Source of the DNA: Deltaproteobacteria bacterium
GTDB lineage: Bacteria; Myxococcota_A; UBA9160; SMWR01
Length of the DNA stretch: 64,000 nucleotides
Assembly: GCA_032128375.1 (NCBI GenBank)
Contig: JAQBGU010000084.1
Location: 1-64,000, forward strand
Direction: 5' to 3'
Shown: piece by piece, positions 9,349 through 19,800 of the stretch
Numbering within the stretch: position 1 is the first letter of the stretch
Layout: each line of letters opens with the position of its first letter
Translations under genes and position numbers: made by a program
The notes under the pieces: model-generated
Database searches by the model: none
What the model saw: only the letters and a program-made list of their open reading frames with translations
What the model was told of the DNA's origin: nothing

Positions 9349-10128
9349 ATGACAAAATCGACCGAGCGCGAGACAGCGGAGAAATTGGGCCTCGATTCGG
9401 CACTCGACGATCAGGGTTTCAATCTGGTGGGCGCACTAGGGGTCGACCGCTACGACGAGTTGGTGGCGCCGGTTTGGCGGAGTGCACAGATACTGCCCAC
9501 TGCACGATCGGCGGTGCTGCTCGGTTGCGGTGGGCCCGACTTCTTCCGCGCGGTTCGGTGTTCGCCGGAGTGGCGGGCGGGGGTCGATCCAGTCGATCGG
9601 TTCGCGCGTCGATGGTTGGAGTTTCAGCGCTCGCTTTGGCGAGATGCGGGCTTCGACACCTTGGGCTTTGTGCACGTCGATGCGCGCGAATCGGGCGGCG
9701 AAAGCCACTTTGCAGACTTCACGGCGCTCGCAGCTGCCAGTGGAATTGGCGTGTCCAGTCGTCTCGGGATCTTGCTGCACCCGCGATTTGGACCTTGGGT
9801 ATCGATCCGTGGGTTGTTGCTGACCGAGCGTTCGTGCCCGCCGACGGAAGCATCGGACTGGAGCCCGTGTCCCGGATGCCCGGCGCCGTGCGCACGCGCA
9901 TGTCCGAGTGATCGGGTGGTCCTGACCTCGGGTTTCGACGTAGAGGCCTGCTTCGCGACCAAGGCGTCGACGCCGGTTTGTCGCATGAGCTGCGCCGCGC
10001 GCCGCGCGTGCGTCTACGGCCGCGACCAGGCGTATGACCGGGAAGCCGAAACCTACCATACCGAGAGCGCCTGGTTGCTAGCAGCAGCGCGCTCGTCGCG
10101 AAATCGGGAGCCCGGCTACTCCGGTTGA
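9349..10128 (+). CDS. 4Fe-4S ferredoxin-like protein (epoxyqueuosine reductase QueG-like, short form)
   Basis: SRLGILLHPRFGPWVSIRG, CPGCPAPCARACP, CAARRAC. Confidence 0.7.
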   Translation: MTKSTERETAEKLGLDSALDDQGFNLVGALGVDRYDELVAPVWRSAQILPTARSAVLLGCGGPDFFRAVRCSPEWRAGVDPVDRFARRWLEFQRSLWRDAGFDTLGFVHVDARESGGESHFADFTALAAASGIGVSSRLGILLHPRFGPWVSIRGLLLTERSCPPTEASDWSPCPGCPAPCARACPSDRVVLTSGFDVEACFATKASTPVCRMSCAARRACVYGRDQAYDREAETYHTESAWLLAAARSSRNREPGYSG

Positions 10129-11066
10129 TCCAGGTATTCGCTGAGCCCGTAGCCGACTCGATCTCCGTCGAGCACGTACTCGGTCATTCCCTCACCGATC
10201 GTGGTGTTCGAGCCCGAGCGGCGATTGCGCAATGGGATGAACCCCTTCACGGTTCCGGTGAGGCTGTGCGCGGTGCCGTCGGAAAGTTTCAGGTTGGCGC
10301 GCAAAGCTGTGTGAAAGCGCGTTCCCGGCTCGTAGTCGGTTTCGAGATCGAGTTCGATGATCCGAATCAGCTCGTCTCCGCGATGGAACACGCCTCCGAC
10401 ACGATCGCCGACTCTTGAAATGACCATGCCGAGGTCGTCGCCGAAGTTGCCGGTGATCCAGCGATACGAGGGCGTCGATTGCCAGAAGCGCGGACCCCAG
10501 GAATGGTCGCGCAGCCCGTGGCCATCGATTGTGATCTCCTGTTCGCCTTCGATCTTCAGTGTTCCGGTCACTTTCATGTGCTGCTCGCTGTGTGCGCGCG
10601 CGAAGTCATTGCCGTCGCCTGGCTTCCCCACATGTCCATACAGCGGTCCGACGCCCTGGTGTTCGAGGTCGATCTCGAGCTTCTTGAATGGATTGTCCTT
10701 GAAAGCGCGACCCGGGTCGGCCATCACGCGCGGGTCCTCCAGGAAAACGGCCGAGCCCGCGTAGCGCGTTCGGATCTTCTCGCCGGGAACCAACACATCC
10801 ACCTTCACGCCGCCGGCATCCCAGCCGTCGTTGCTCGAGATCTCAGGCTTCTTGTAATTGAACATCGCCGAGCCATCGGGGTTGTAGACGATGACTGTCA
10901 TCTCTGCGTAGCCCTCGTTGGCTCGGTTGCCGATCCGGATGAAACCACCGCGGTTGGCGTTGCGATCGAAGTAGTTGAAGTAGACCGATTCGTTGAAATT
11001 CGATTCGGGTCCGAGAGGATGCGTGTAGTCGTCGTCGCCGGTGATGTTCCCGATGATCTTGGGCAT
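10116..11066 (-). CDS. AttH/CrtC/tocopherol-cyclase-like beta-barrel protein (DUF7064/7065-type)
   Basis: NESVYFNYFD, GLRDHSWGPRFW, GYGLSEYLD. Confidence 0.65.
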   Translation of the reverse strand: MPKIIGNITGDDDYTHPLGPESNFNESVYFNYFDRNANRGGFIRIGNRANEGYAEMTVIVYNPDGSAMFNYKKPEISSNDGWDAGGVKVDVLVPGEKIRTRYAGSAVFLEDPRVMADPGRAFKDNPFKKLEIDLEHQGVGPLYGHVGKPGDGNDFARAHSEQHMKVTGTLKIEGEQEITIDGHGLRDHSWGPRFWQSTPSYRWITGNFGDDLGMVISRVGDRVGGVFHRGDELIRIIELDLETDYEPGTRFHTALRANLKLSDGTAHSLTGTVKGFIPLRNRRSGSNTTIGEGMTEYVLDGDRVGYGLSEYLDQPE

Positions 11067-11147
11067 TGGGGCTTCCTTTCAATGTCCTGTCTGGCTGGGC
11101 AGGCGGAGTCCGGCGCAAACGCAGCCGTAGAGCGGGCGATTCGTGAC

Positions 11148-11179
11148 CGGATCGTATTCCATTACTGGACTTCGATCCA
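11148..11179 (-). promoter_or_regulatory. Second copy of the TetR-locus promoter/operator
   Basis: TGGATCGAAGTCCAGTAATGGAATACGATCCG, 28/32 identical to 1307-1338. Confidence 0.6.
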
Positions 11180-11251
11180 ATATTGAGGAAGGATTCACGT
11201 CGGCAATGCCAATTCCGAAACCCCAACGAAGCCAAGAAAAGGAGTCACTGA

Positions 11252-11641
11252 ATGGGTCATGCTTTCCTCTCAGACAGCTGGTTCGACGAAGCCGAGAAGA
11301 TTCGCGCGTCGGTCGACCCCGCAGTACCGGACGCCCTCAAGGGCCTGGTCATCAACCTCGTCGTCAAGGGCGGCCCGGATGGTGATATCGAAGCCCGCAT
11401 GGAAGCCGGTCGCTTCGTGAAGGGTCTGGCGGACGTGGCACCGACGAAACTGACAGTCCCGTACACTGTCGCGAAGAAGATGTTCATCGACAACGACCAG
11501 AACGCATCGATGCAGGCATTCATGAGCGGACAGATCCAGGTCGAAGGCGACATGGCGAAGCTGATGTCGATGCAGGCGGGCGGCCCGCCGAGCGCCGATG
11601 CCGTGAAGGTGCAGCAAGCCGTTGCCGCCATGACGGACTGA
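11252..11641 (+). CDS. SCP2 sterol-binding domain protein
   Basis: AFLSDSWF start; QAFMSGQIQVEGDMAKLM. Confidence 0.88.
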   Translation: MGHAFLSDSWFDEAEKIRASVDPAVPDALKGLVINLVVKGGPDGDIEARMEAGRFVKGLADVAPTKLTVPYTVAKKMFIDNDQNASMQAFMSGQIQVEGDMAKLMSMQAGGPPSADAVKVQQAVAAMTD

Positions 11642-11737
11642 CCGCGTCCCGCCGCCCTTCGTATCATCTTTCGTCCCGGCATGCGGCATTCGAGATTCGA
11701 AGGACACAGAGAGTGCGCTGCTCTCTGTGTCCTTCGA

Positions 11738-12706
11738 TCATCGGGAGTCGGGTCGCAAGCGCTCGCCGCGTTCCGATTTCTTTCGGATCGATTCCGTGAT
11801 GTTCCGGATCGCCGCGGCTCGCGATGGCATGTAGCCGTGCGGCGGAACCCGGCTCCAGCCGAAGGGCTCAACATCGTTAGACAGTGACCAGGGCTGCTCG
11901 AACGCGACCCGGTCCCAGAACGCGGGCGCGATCGAAACGTCGAAACCCGCCAACGCGGCGAGGTACAGACCGAGTTGGTCCGCGCGGATCTCGACCGCAG
12001 GGCCTCGCATCGCGGTCATCCCGGCGAGTCGGTGAGCGATCTCGTGCGCGATGACCAGCGCGAGTTCGTCGTCAGTCTCGGCGAAACGAACGAACCCCGA
12101 TGTGACGTAGAAGTGATCGCCGGCCGTGGCGTCGGTGAGCATCAGGTCGTCCATCTCGAGAAATGCCTCGTGGTGGCAGCCGGGGATCGCCGTGATCGAG
12201 AAATCGATCGGTGTTCCGTCGCGCTGTACTGTCAGGCCGATCGTGGCTGTGTTCAGTGAGCGAGCGCGGTTGAAGACGTCGAACTCGGTCCACACGGGTT
12301 GGCGTTCGACGGCAACGATGTGATCCCCCACGCGAACCCCGGCGCGCCCGGCAGGCGAGTCGGGGAGAACGGCGACGACTGCGATCCGGTTCGAGTCCAG
12401 TCCATAGAGCCGGCTGAGCGCGCGAGCAAACGGAACGCTGAACAGCGGATTTTCGCGCCAGACCGCCAGACCGAGAATCGGACCGATCTGATCGCCGCAC
12501 AGCGCGACGCCTTGTGTGCGGATCGCGTAACTCACCGCGAGCACTCGCTCGTGCCGGCTGATCTGGAGTAACACGGATTGTTCTGCGAGGTCGGCCGGCA
12601 GCGTCGTATTCGGGCGGTCGATCGGCGATGGCGGTCCGACCAAAGGGGCGCACGAAAGCAGCGTGCCGAGCGCGATAGCTCGCAAGTACTGCGACGTGGC
12701 GCTCAT
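11738..12706 (-). CDS. M48 family metallopeptidase with PDZ domain, probable lipoprotein
   Basis: LLSC lipobox; SPAGRAGVRVGD PDZ; DDELALVIAHEIAH; EIRADQLG. Confidence 0.85.
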   Translation of the reverse strand: MSATSQYLRAIALGTLLSCAPLVGPPSPIDRPNTTLPADLAEQSVLLQISRHERVLAVSYAIRTQGVALCGDQIGPILGLAVWRENPLFSVPFARALSRLYGLDSNRIAVVAVLPDSPAGRAGVRVGDHIVAVERQPVWTEFDVFNRARSLNTATIGLTVQRDGTPIDFSITAIPGCHHEAFLEMDDLMLTDATAGDHFYVTSGFVRFAETDDELALVIAHEIAHRLAGMTAMRGPAVEIRADQLGLYLAALAGFDVSIAPAFWDRVAFEQPWSLSNDVEPFGWSRVPPHGYMPSRAAAIRNITESIRKKSERGERLRPDSR

Positions 12707-13737
12707 CGCGACCCCGGCTCGAGCGGCACGCCACGATCTCGCTTTCGCTGGATCTCGGCCGTTGTCGATTCGAGGGTGGTCCAGCGCTCCTCCGAGACGG
12801 GGTGCGCGTACCCGGTGCGATCTTCGACTGCGAGTGGAAACTCACGCTCGAGTCTCTGAAGCAGCGACACAGCGCCCGCGACGTCGAACCCCGCGCGCGC
12901 AGCGAGGTAGAGTCCGAGCCGGTCGGCGTCGGTTTCTTCGACCGGGGTGTCGTGTTCACGCGGTTCGGGGGCGAGCAGGCTGTGAGCTAGTTCGTGAGCG
13001 AGTAAGATGGCGAGTTCATCGTCTGAATCGACAAATCGGAGCATGCCTGTTCCGATGCGCACCCGATTGGCGGCCGGTGTGTGCTCGGGGAAGAGGTCGA
13101 TGACATCGAGTGGCAGTAGCTCTGCGGGCCGGTGACAACCCCTGGATTCGGCGCGTTCGAGCCTCACATCGAACACTGCACCAGCGCGCTCGATCTGCAG
13201 CATCGGAGCGCGGTCGGGTTCGAGTAGCGGCTGGCCCTCCAACGCAGCAGCCAGGTGGGTCTCGTTGCCATTCACGCGCAGGACCGTGTCGCCTACACGC
13301 ACGCCCGATTCGGAGCCCGCGAGACCAGGCACGACGCCGAGTACCCTCACCAGGTCACCCACAGCGTGGCGCTGATAAGCCACATCCCGAAATGATTCCG
13401 GGAGTTCGTTTGCCGTTCGCGCGACGATCCCCGTGACCAGTGCCAAGCTGGCACCGCATAGCGGCGCATTGGCGAGGCGAATCCGCGCATCCACGCGCGT
13501 CAAGTGAAGCTGTCGCTCGATCAAGAGTTCGAAACCCGCGTCGGCGAGCCGCACTCGATGGGCCTCAGCTTCCGCGTCGCTGACCGCGAGTTCAGCCGCT
13601 CGACTGAGAGATGGCCACTGCCCAATCAACAGTCCAATCGACAGCCCAATGAACAGCCCGATATTCGCGATGGCCACGGTTGCTGAATCGGGGATGCGGG
13701 TCGTAGCGTCGATTGCGGCAAGCCTCCGAGGCGGCAC
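12703..13737 (-). CDS. M48 family metallopeptidase with PDZ domain (paralog; start uncertain)
   Basis: GVRVGDTVLRVNG PDZ; DDELAILLAHELAH; ETDADRLG; HP motif. Confidence 0.8.
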   Translation of the reverse strand: MPPRRLAAIDATTRIPDSATVAIANIGLFIGLSIGLLIGQWPSLSRAAELAVSDAEAEAHRVRLADAGFELLIERQLHLTRVDARIRLANAPLCGASLALVTGIVARTANELPESFRDVAYQRHAVGDLVRVLGVVPGLAGSESGVRVGDTVLRVNGNETHLAAALEGQPLLEPDRAPMLQIERAGAVFDVRLERAESRGCHRPAELLPLDVIDLFPEHTPAANRVRIGTGMLRFVDSDDELAILLAHELAHSLLAPEPREHDTPVEETDADRLGLYLAARAGFDVAGAVSLLQRLEREFPLAVEDRTGYAHPVSEERWTTLESTTAEIQRKRDRGVPLEPGSR

Positions 13738-13804
13738 ACGGTTATCAGAGTTTATCGGCCGTGGTCTCGCGCGATGGACCCCTCTATCGATGAAGACTCC
13801 GCTG

Positions 13805-15208
13805 CTACTGATCGATTCGAATCGATCCACGCTCGGTTCGCAATCGCAGCAGCGCTCCGCCGCCATTGATGTGGCCCAGTATCTGGGATCCAGGCCGCTT
13901 GTGTAGGCGGGGAAAATGCTCTGAGGCCCGGTCGGCCATGTTGCGCGCCCAATCCCGATAGGCGCGGCCTTGATCGCGTTCGTTCCAGTCCCAGCGATGA
14001 TGATCCCATGGCCAGGGTTTCGACCACCGCTCGAGACTCGGGGCGGGATCCCAGACGAACTCTCCGCTCTGGCGCCACTCGTCCCACTCGCGCTGCACCT
14101 CGTCCCACTGGGCGGCGGCGCGTGTTTGAACTTCGTCGGCGACCTGTTCGCCGAGCCGCTCCAACTCGCGGAGATGTTCTGCGGGAATCGGACCGGCCGA
14201 GACATCCGTGCTGGCGGCCGGAGGCTCGAACGCGAAGTGTTGGTCGATGTGGATCTGTCCACGCCTTGTATCCGCGTCGAGGTCAAAACCGAACCGTCCG
14301 GGCACTTCGATTCGGATCGACCCGCGCGAGGTATGGATCGTGCCCTCGGGCGGGCAGACGAATTCGACGTCGATTCCGCCGCTGTCGCTCCGAGCGCGGA
14401 TCGGACCATCGAGGTCGGCGACTTCGATGCGGCCGCGATCCGTTTCTGCACCCACCTCGCCCTCGACCTCTGCGATCTCGATGTGTCCCCGTGTGCTGCG
14501 CACCTGGATATCGCCGCGAATGCGACTCAACCCGATCGCACCCCGGTCTGTTACGACTTCGACTCGGCCAGTCACCGACGCAACCTCGGACCGGCCGTTG
14601 CCGGAATTGAGCTTGACTTGGCCGTTGACGCCCGTGACAAAGACGTCTCCACCAGCGCTTTCGACTCGAAGCGCGCCGTCGACATCCTCCACGATGACCG
14701 GGCCGCCATCTGAGACGAGCGTCACGTCGCCTTCCGAGCGGCGCAGCGTGATCTGGGTTCCGTCTACGCTGGCCGAGACGGGGCCGATCAGGTCTTCGAG
14801 CAGAAGATCGCCGCCGGCGATGTGCGCTTCGACCCGAAAGTCGTGCGGTACCACGACGCGGAATTCGACCGTAGGCCCGCCGAACATCCAGTGCAGCGCG
14901 CCATCGACCCGCCCGACCAAGCGCACGTGCCCGTCGCTCTGACGCACGTCGACGTTCACCGCATACCCGCCCCAGCCGCTCGTGTCGGTCGCGATCCGGA
15001 TTTCGTCGACGGCATCGGACGTCACTTGAAGCGAGCCGTGATCAAAGGACACCCCGGAGCCCAACGCGATGTCGATCGAGAGTTCGCCACCGGGCCGCAC
15101 TGCGATCTGGCGGTTGATATCAGCGTCGCCGCAACCCCAGCCGAGTGCAGACGCCGCCGCGAGTCCCGCGGCCGCCCATCGCCGATTGAAGGGAAAACGT
15201 CGATCCAT
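13805..15208 (-). CDS. DUF4097 (adhesin-like beta-solenoid) lipoprotein
   Basis: LGWGC lipobox; repeated G-x-V/I-x-V strands; C-terminal INGGGALLRLRTERGSIRI; RBS GGGAG upstream of the ATG. Confidence 0.8.
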   Translation of the reverse strand: MDRRFPFNRRWAAAGLAAASALGWGCGDADINRQIAVRPGGELSIDIALGSGVSFDHGSLQVTSDAVDEIRIATDTSGWGGYAVNVDVRQSDGHVRLVGRVDGALHWMFGGPTVEFRVVVPHDFRVEAHIAGGDLLLEDLIGPVSASVDGTQITLRRSEGDVTLVSDGGPVIVEDVDGALRVESAGGDVFVTGVNGQVKLNSGNGRSEVASVTGRVEVVTDRGAIGLSRIRGDIQVRSTRGHIEIAEVEGEVGAETDRGRIEVADLDGPIRARSDSGGIDVEFVCPPEGTIHTSRGSIRIEVPGRFGFDLDADTRRGQIHIDQHFAFEPPAASTDVSAGPIPAEHLRELERLGEQVADEVQTRAAAQWDEVQREWDEWRQSGEFVWDPAPSLERWSKPWPWDHHRWDWNERDQGRAYRDWARNMADRASEHFPRLHKRPGSQILGHINGGGALLRLRTERGSIRIDQ

Positions 15209-15325
15209 GCTTTGCTCCCGCGGTGAGTATTCTACCGCTTTCGTTCCGAACTCATGCGTCGCGGCCCCATTCGTCGAAGAACCATTCATCGAAAAATCAC
15301 TCATCGAACCACCCATCGAAGAACA

Positions 15326-15341
15326 CGCAAGTGGCGTGCCG
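15326..15341 (-). promoter_or_regulatory. Sigma54 promoter of the DUF4097-M48-M48 unit
   Basis: CGGCACGCCACTTGCG with correct GG-N10-GC spacing. Confidence 0.55.
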
Positions 15342-15444
15342 ACTGGGACCCTTGCGGATCGCACGAGAACGACCAGCGTGCAGTCTGAATGCTGCAGTGC
15401 AGGTTGTTGGCTTCACGTTGCGTCCCGGTTTCGGCGTGCCTCGC

Positions 15445-16734
15445 ATGAGGTACCCTGCGATCCGGAGCCGGCTCGATGTGAGTGAGATGCAGACGCGACA
15501 TTGGGTAGGTCTGGTGGGCCTCGGCTTGTGTATCCGGCTCGTCTACGTCGGTTGGGCCCCCCATGTGCCGTGGGCTGACGGCCGCTTCTACCACCTGTAC
15601 GCCGTCTCCATGAGCCACGGGTCGGCCTACATCAACGTGGATGGGAGCCCCGCGATTCGTTGGATGCCGGGCTGGCCCATGCTGCTCGCTGGGCTGTATC
15701 GACTGTTCGGCGCGAGCGCGAGCGTTGGCATGTGGGCCAACGCGCTGTTCGATTCGATAGCGGTTGGCTTCCTTGCACATTTGGGAGCGCGCCTGTTCAA
15801 CGCTCGCTGTGGCTTGATCGCAGCGGGGTTGTTCGCGATCTGGCCGGGCCTGGTCTACTACAGCGCGACGCTCTACACCGAACCGGTGTTCAATATGCTG
15901 TTCACCGCGACGCTGCTGACGTTGGTCGTTGCGAGTGAAGCCGAGCAGCGCCAGACCCGTTGGTTCCTCGCGGCGGGGGCTGGTTTCGGGTTGTGCATCC
16001 TGGTCAAGCCCGATCCGGTGCCGCTGCTTCTGGTCGTGCTTCTGTTCTTGTGGATTCGACGCCGCTCAGCCAGGGATTTCGTCCAACACTCGATCGCGTT
16101 GGGGGTCGCGGTAGCGGCGATTCTCACACCCTGGAGCATTCGAAACTACAGGGTGTTCGAGCGATTGATCCCGCTTTCCGCTAGCGGCGGTATCAGCGCG
16201 CATCTGGTGTTCTATCCGGGCGCTACTGGCGGCCAGAATCACGTGGCGAACTCCGCGTTGAACCGGTTCTATCGCGGAGCCGACGATGCACAGACGAGCC
16301 TGGCCAGGATGGACGCTGGTTGGGCAGACGCGTTCGCGTTCATTCGGGCCAATCCGGGCGAAGCCGCGATGATCGTGCTGAACAAGTTCTCGATCACCTA
16401 TCGGGGAGATTCGCAGGCGCTGCAGACGGCTCGCGGTGCGGGTCCGGAAGAGGATTGGAACATCTCACGCGCGAGTTGGGAGCGATTGAGTGCGCTGGCC
16501 GACTCTTTCTGGTTTGCGATGTTGGGGCTGGCGGCCTTCGGGGCGACCCGACTCGGTCGCTGGCCTCCGGCGTCGGGCGTGCTGACGCTTGGGCTGCTGG
16601 CGACCTGGTTTGGTCTGCACGTGCTGTTCTTGGGCGGACAGCGCTATCACGTGCCCGAAGCGATTGCGTACTCGCTGCTGGCTGCGGTGGGTATCGATTG
16701 GCTCGCGGAGCGCTTCGCCCGAACGAACGCCTGA
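15445..16734 (+). CDS. GT-C glycosyltransferase (family 39/ArnT-like)
   Basis: Multi-TM; ADGRFY, PGWPMLLAGLY, YTEPVF, PWSIRNY. Confidence 0.82.
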   Translation: MRYPAIRSRLDVSEMQTRHWVGLVGLGLCIRLVYVGWAPHVPWADGRFYHLYAVSMSHGSAYINVDGSPAIRWMPGWPMLLAGLYRLFGASASVGMWANALFDSIAVGFLAHLGARLFNARCGLIAAGLFAIWPGLVYYSATLYTEPVFNMLFTATLLTLVVASEAEQRQTRWFLAAGAGFGLCILVKPDPVPLLLVVLLFLWIRRRSARDFVQHSIALGVAVAAILTPWSIRNYRVFERLIPLSASGGISAHLVFYPGATGGQNHVANSALNRFYRGADDAQTSLARMDAGWADAFAFIRANPGEAAMIVLNKFSITYRGDSQALQTARGAGPEEDWNISRASWERLSALADSFWFAMLGLAAFGATRLGRWPPASGVLTLGLLATWFGLHVLFLGGQRYHVPEAIAYSLLAAVGIDWLAERFARTNA

Positions 16735-16825
16735 TGGATGTGGCGTAGCGCCGCTCGTATCAACGGACCTCCAGGGATGGACTCGTCTCGATGGCTGCCA
16801 GTTGGAGGCTTCCAATGGAGACAAG

Positions 16826-19800
16826 TCAGTGATAGTCGTGCGAAGCGGGCAGGTTCTCGCGACCGACAAGCGGGACGAGGTCGTGGACCCGCACGTGGAT
16901 CACGCCTTCGACGTTTTGCAGCGGGCCTTCGATTTCGATGATCGTCGAGGTGTGCAGCGGTACACGGAAGCGGCGAAACGCTTGCGGGGTCAAGATTCCA
17001 TTGGAGATTCCGGTCTCGTCTTCCAGCGTCAGGAACATGAAACCCTTCGCGGTGCCCGGGCGCTGTCGAACGATGACCTGTCCTGCCGTGCGCACCCGGC
17101 GTCCATTCGGGACGTTCTTCAGTTCGCTCGCGTCGAGGATGCCTCGTTCGCGGAGCCTCGGTCGCAGATGAGCCATCACCTGCGGGCCAGTCGTCAGCCC
17201 ACTGTTGCGGTAATCGGCGAGGGTTTCTTCGATTGGGGTCATTTCGGGAAGCGGTGAGGAATGGCTGGCACTCGGGTCTGCGGCTGTGGGAGGCTGCCCG
17301 GCGAACAGTGAGCCGCGATCGCGATCCAACGCGGCCACTTGCCACAGTGCAGAGCGCCGCGTATTGGCAGTGGTGTCGATGCTGGCGAGAGCGCCGAGTT
17401 CGGCCAACGTGTCGAGTTCGTCCTTTCGAAGTGTCACACGCCGCGCGAGGTCGGATACGGACGAGAACTTCTCGTTCGCACGCGCGGCCTCGATCGCGTG
17501 GCCGGTGTCCTTGCGCAGCCCATCCACATAACGCAGCCCCAACCGCAACGGGGGCTGGCCGCTGGCATGACGCGGTGCTTCGAGAGTGCAACGCCAGTCC
17601 GAGTGCGCGAGATCGATCGGACGGACCTCGACACCGTGGCGCTGCGCGTCCTTGACGAGCGTCGCCGGTGTGTAAAAGCCCATCGGGTACGCGTTCAGCA
17701 GACCGGCGAGGAACGCAGACGGGTGATGAGCCTTCAAGAAAGCCGATGCATACGCGATCAGCGCGAACGACGCCGCGTGAGATTCCGGAAAGCCGTACAG
17801 CGCAAACGAATGAATGCCACGGATGATCATCTCCTGCGATTCGCCGACGATGCCGCGCTCGTTCATGCCGCTTCGCAGCCGCGATTCGAGTCGGGTCATA
17901 CGCTCGACAGAGCGCTTGAAGCCCATCGCCCGGCGCAGTTCTTCCGCCTCGCCGCCCGTGAAGCCGGCCGCGACCATTGCGATGCGCAGCAGCTGTTCTT
18001 GAAAGAGCGGTATCCCCAGCGTGCGTTTCAGAATCGGCTCGAGTGACGGGTGTGGGTAGACGACCGGCTCGATGCCTGCACGGCGGTTCAAGTAGGGGTT
18101 GACCATTTTGCCGGTGATGGGACCGGGGCGGATGATCGCCACTTCTACGACGAGGTCGTAGAAGCAGGTGGGCTTCATGCGCGGCAGAGTCGACATCTGG
18201 GCGCGGCTTTCGATCTGGAAAGTGCCGACGGTGTCGGCCCGTCGGATCATCTCGTAAGTGACGGGATCGTCCGCGGGCAGCTGTGCGAGGTCGACGACGA
18301 CGCCTTCGTGGTCGTGAATCAACTCGAGTGTGTCTTCGATGGCGGCCAGCATCCCGAGACCCAGCAGGTCGATCTTGATGATGCCGAGGTCCGCGCAGTC
18401 GTCTTTGTCCCACTGCACGATCCGCCGGTCGACCATGCTCGCAGGCTCGATCGGGACGACTTCGTCGAGCCGGCCGGCAGAGATGACGATGCCGCCGGTG
18501 TGTTGACCCAGATGGCGGGGGAGGCCGCGCACCCGGTCGACCAGATTCAAGAGCATCGCGATGCGCGGCGCTTTGGCGTCGACGCCTGCTTGTGCGAGCA
18601 AGCTCTCGAGTTCGTCGAGGTCCTCGCGGTGTTCGAGACGCGAGATCGTCTTGGCGAGCCGATCGATCGAGTCCGGCGATAGCCCGAGTACCTTACCCAT
18701 CTCGCGCACTGCCATGCGCGTGCGGTAGGTGATCACTACGGCCGTCATCGCAGCCCCGTGGGTCCCGTACTTGTCGAAGACGTACTGGATCACCTTCTCG
18801 CGCTGGTCGCCCGACGGCAGATCGAGATCGATGTCGGGCCATTCGCCGCGCTCTTCTGACAAGAAGCGTTCGAACAGCAGCTCCATTCCGACCGGGTCGA
18901 CTGCGGTGATGCCCAACGAATAACACACGGCACTGTTGGCTGCGGAACCGCGTCCCTGGGCCAGGATCTTCTGGTCGCGTGCGAACTGCACGATATCGTG
19001 GACGATCAGGAAGTAGCCGGGCAGATCGAGCTTCTCGATCAACGCAAGCTCGTGTTCGAGCTGCCGGGTCACACGCGCAGACAAGGGGGAGCCGTAGCGC
19101 GCGCGGGCTCCTCGCCATGTCAGGTTCCGCAGGTAGCTGGCCTGGGTCTCGCCTGACGGAACCGGGTAGTGGGGAAACCGGTAGCCCAGGTTTTCGAGTG
19201 TGAATGAACAGCGTTCAGCAACGTCCCGGGTCGCTCGGACCCACTCGGGATGGTCCGCGAAACGCTCGGCCATTTCGTGGGGAGCCAGCAGGTGGCGCTC
19301 TGCATTGACTGCGAGCCGGCGGCCCGCGCGATCGAGAGACGTCTTCCAGCGCAAGCAGGTCAATGCATCGAACAGCTGGCGGCCGCTTGCGTGCGCGTGC
19401 CGCACGTCGCCGCTGGCGAGCACCGGAACGCCTACACTTTCGGCGAGTGCTGTAGCCCGGCGCGTTGCGGATTCGGTGGCGCGGTCCATGTGGCGCGACA
19501 CATCCACCCACAGCCGGCCGCGCCCAAAGGATGCCTTCGCACGATCGAGGGTTTCGGTCCGCAGCGAGCCGTCCCCGCGCGCAAGCGCGCTGAGGCCTTC
19601 GGCGTAGGCTTCGATATCGTCCCAGCTGCTTTCGGACAGGCCCTTGGCGGCGCGCGTGTGGCTGAGTGTCAGGATTCGACACAGGTTCGCGTAACCTCGC
19701 GGAGTTTCCACCAATAGCCGCAGTGGCACGGGCGGGGCAGTCCGGTCGGAGCCGTCAGCGACGATCGATAGGTCGGCCCCGACGATTCCGCGCACCCCGG

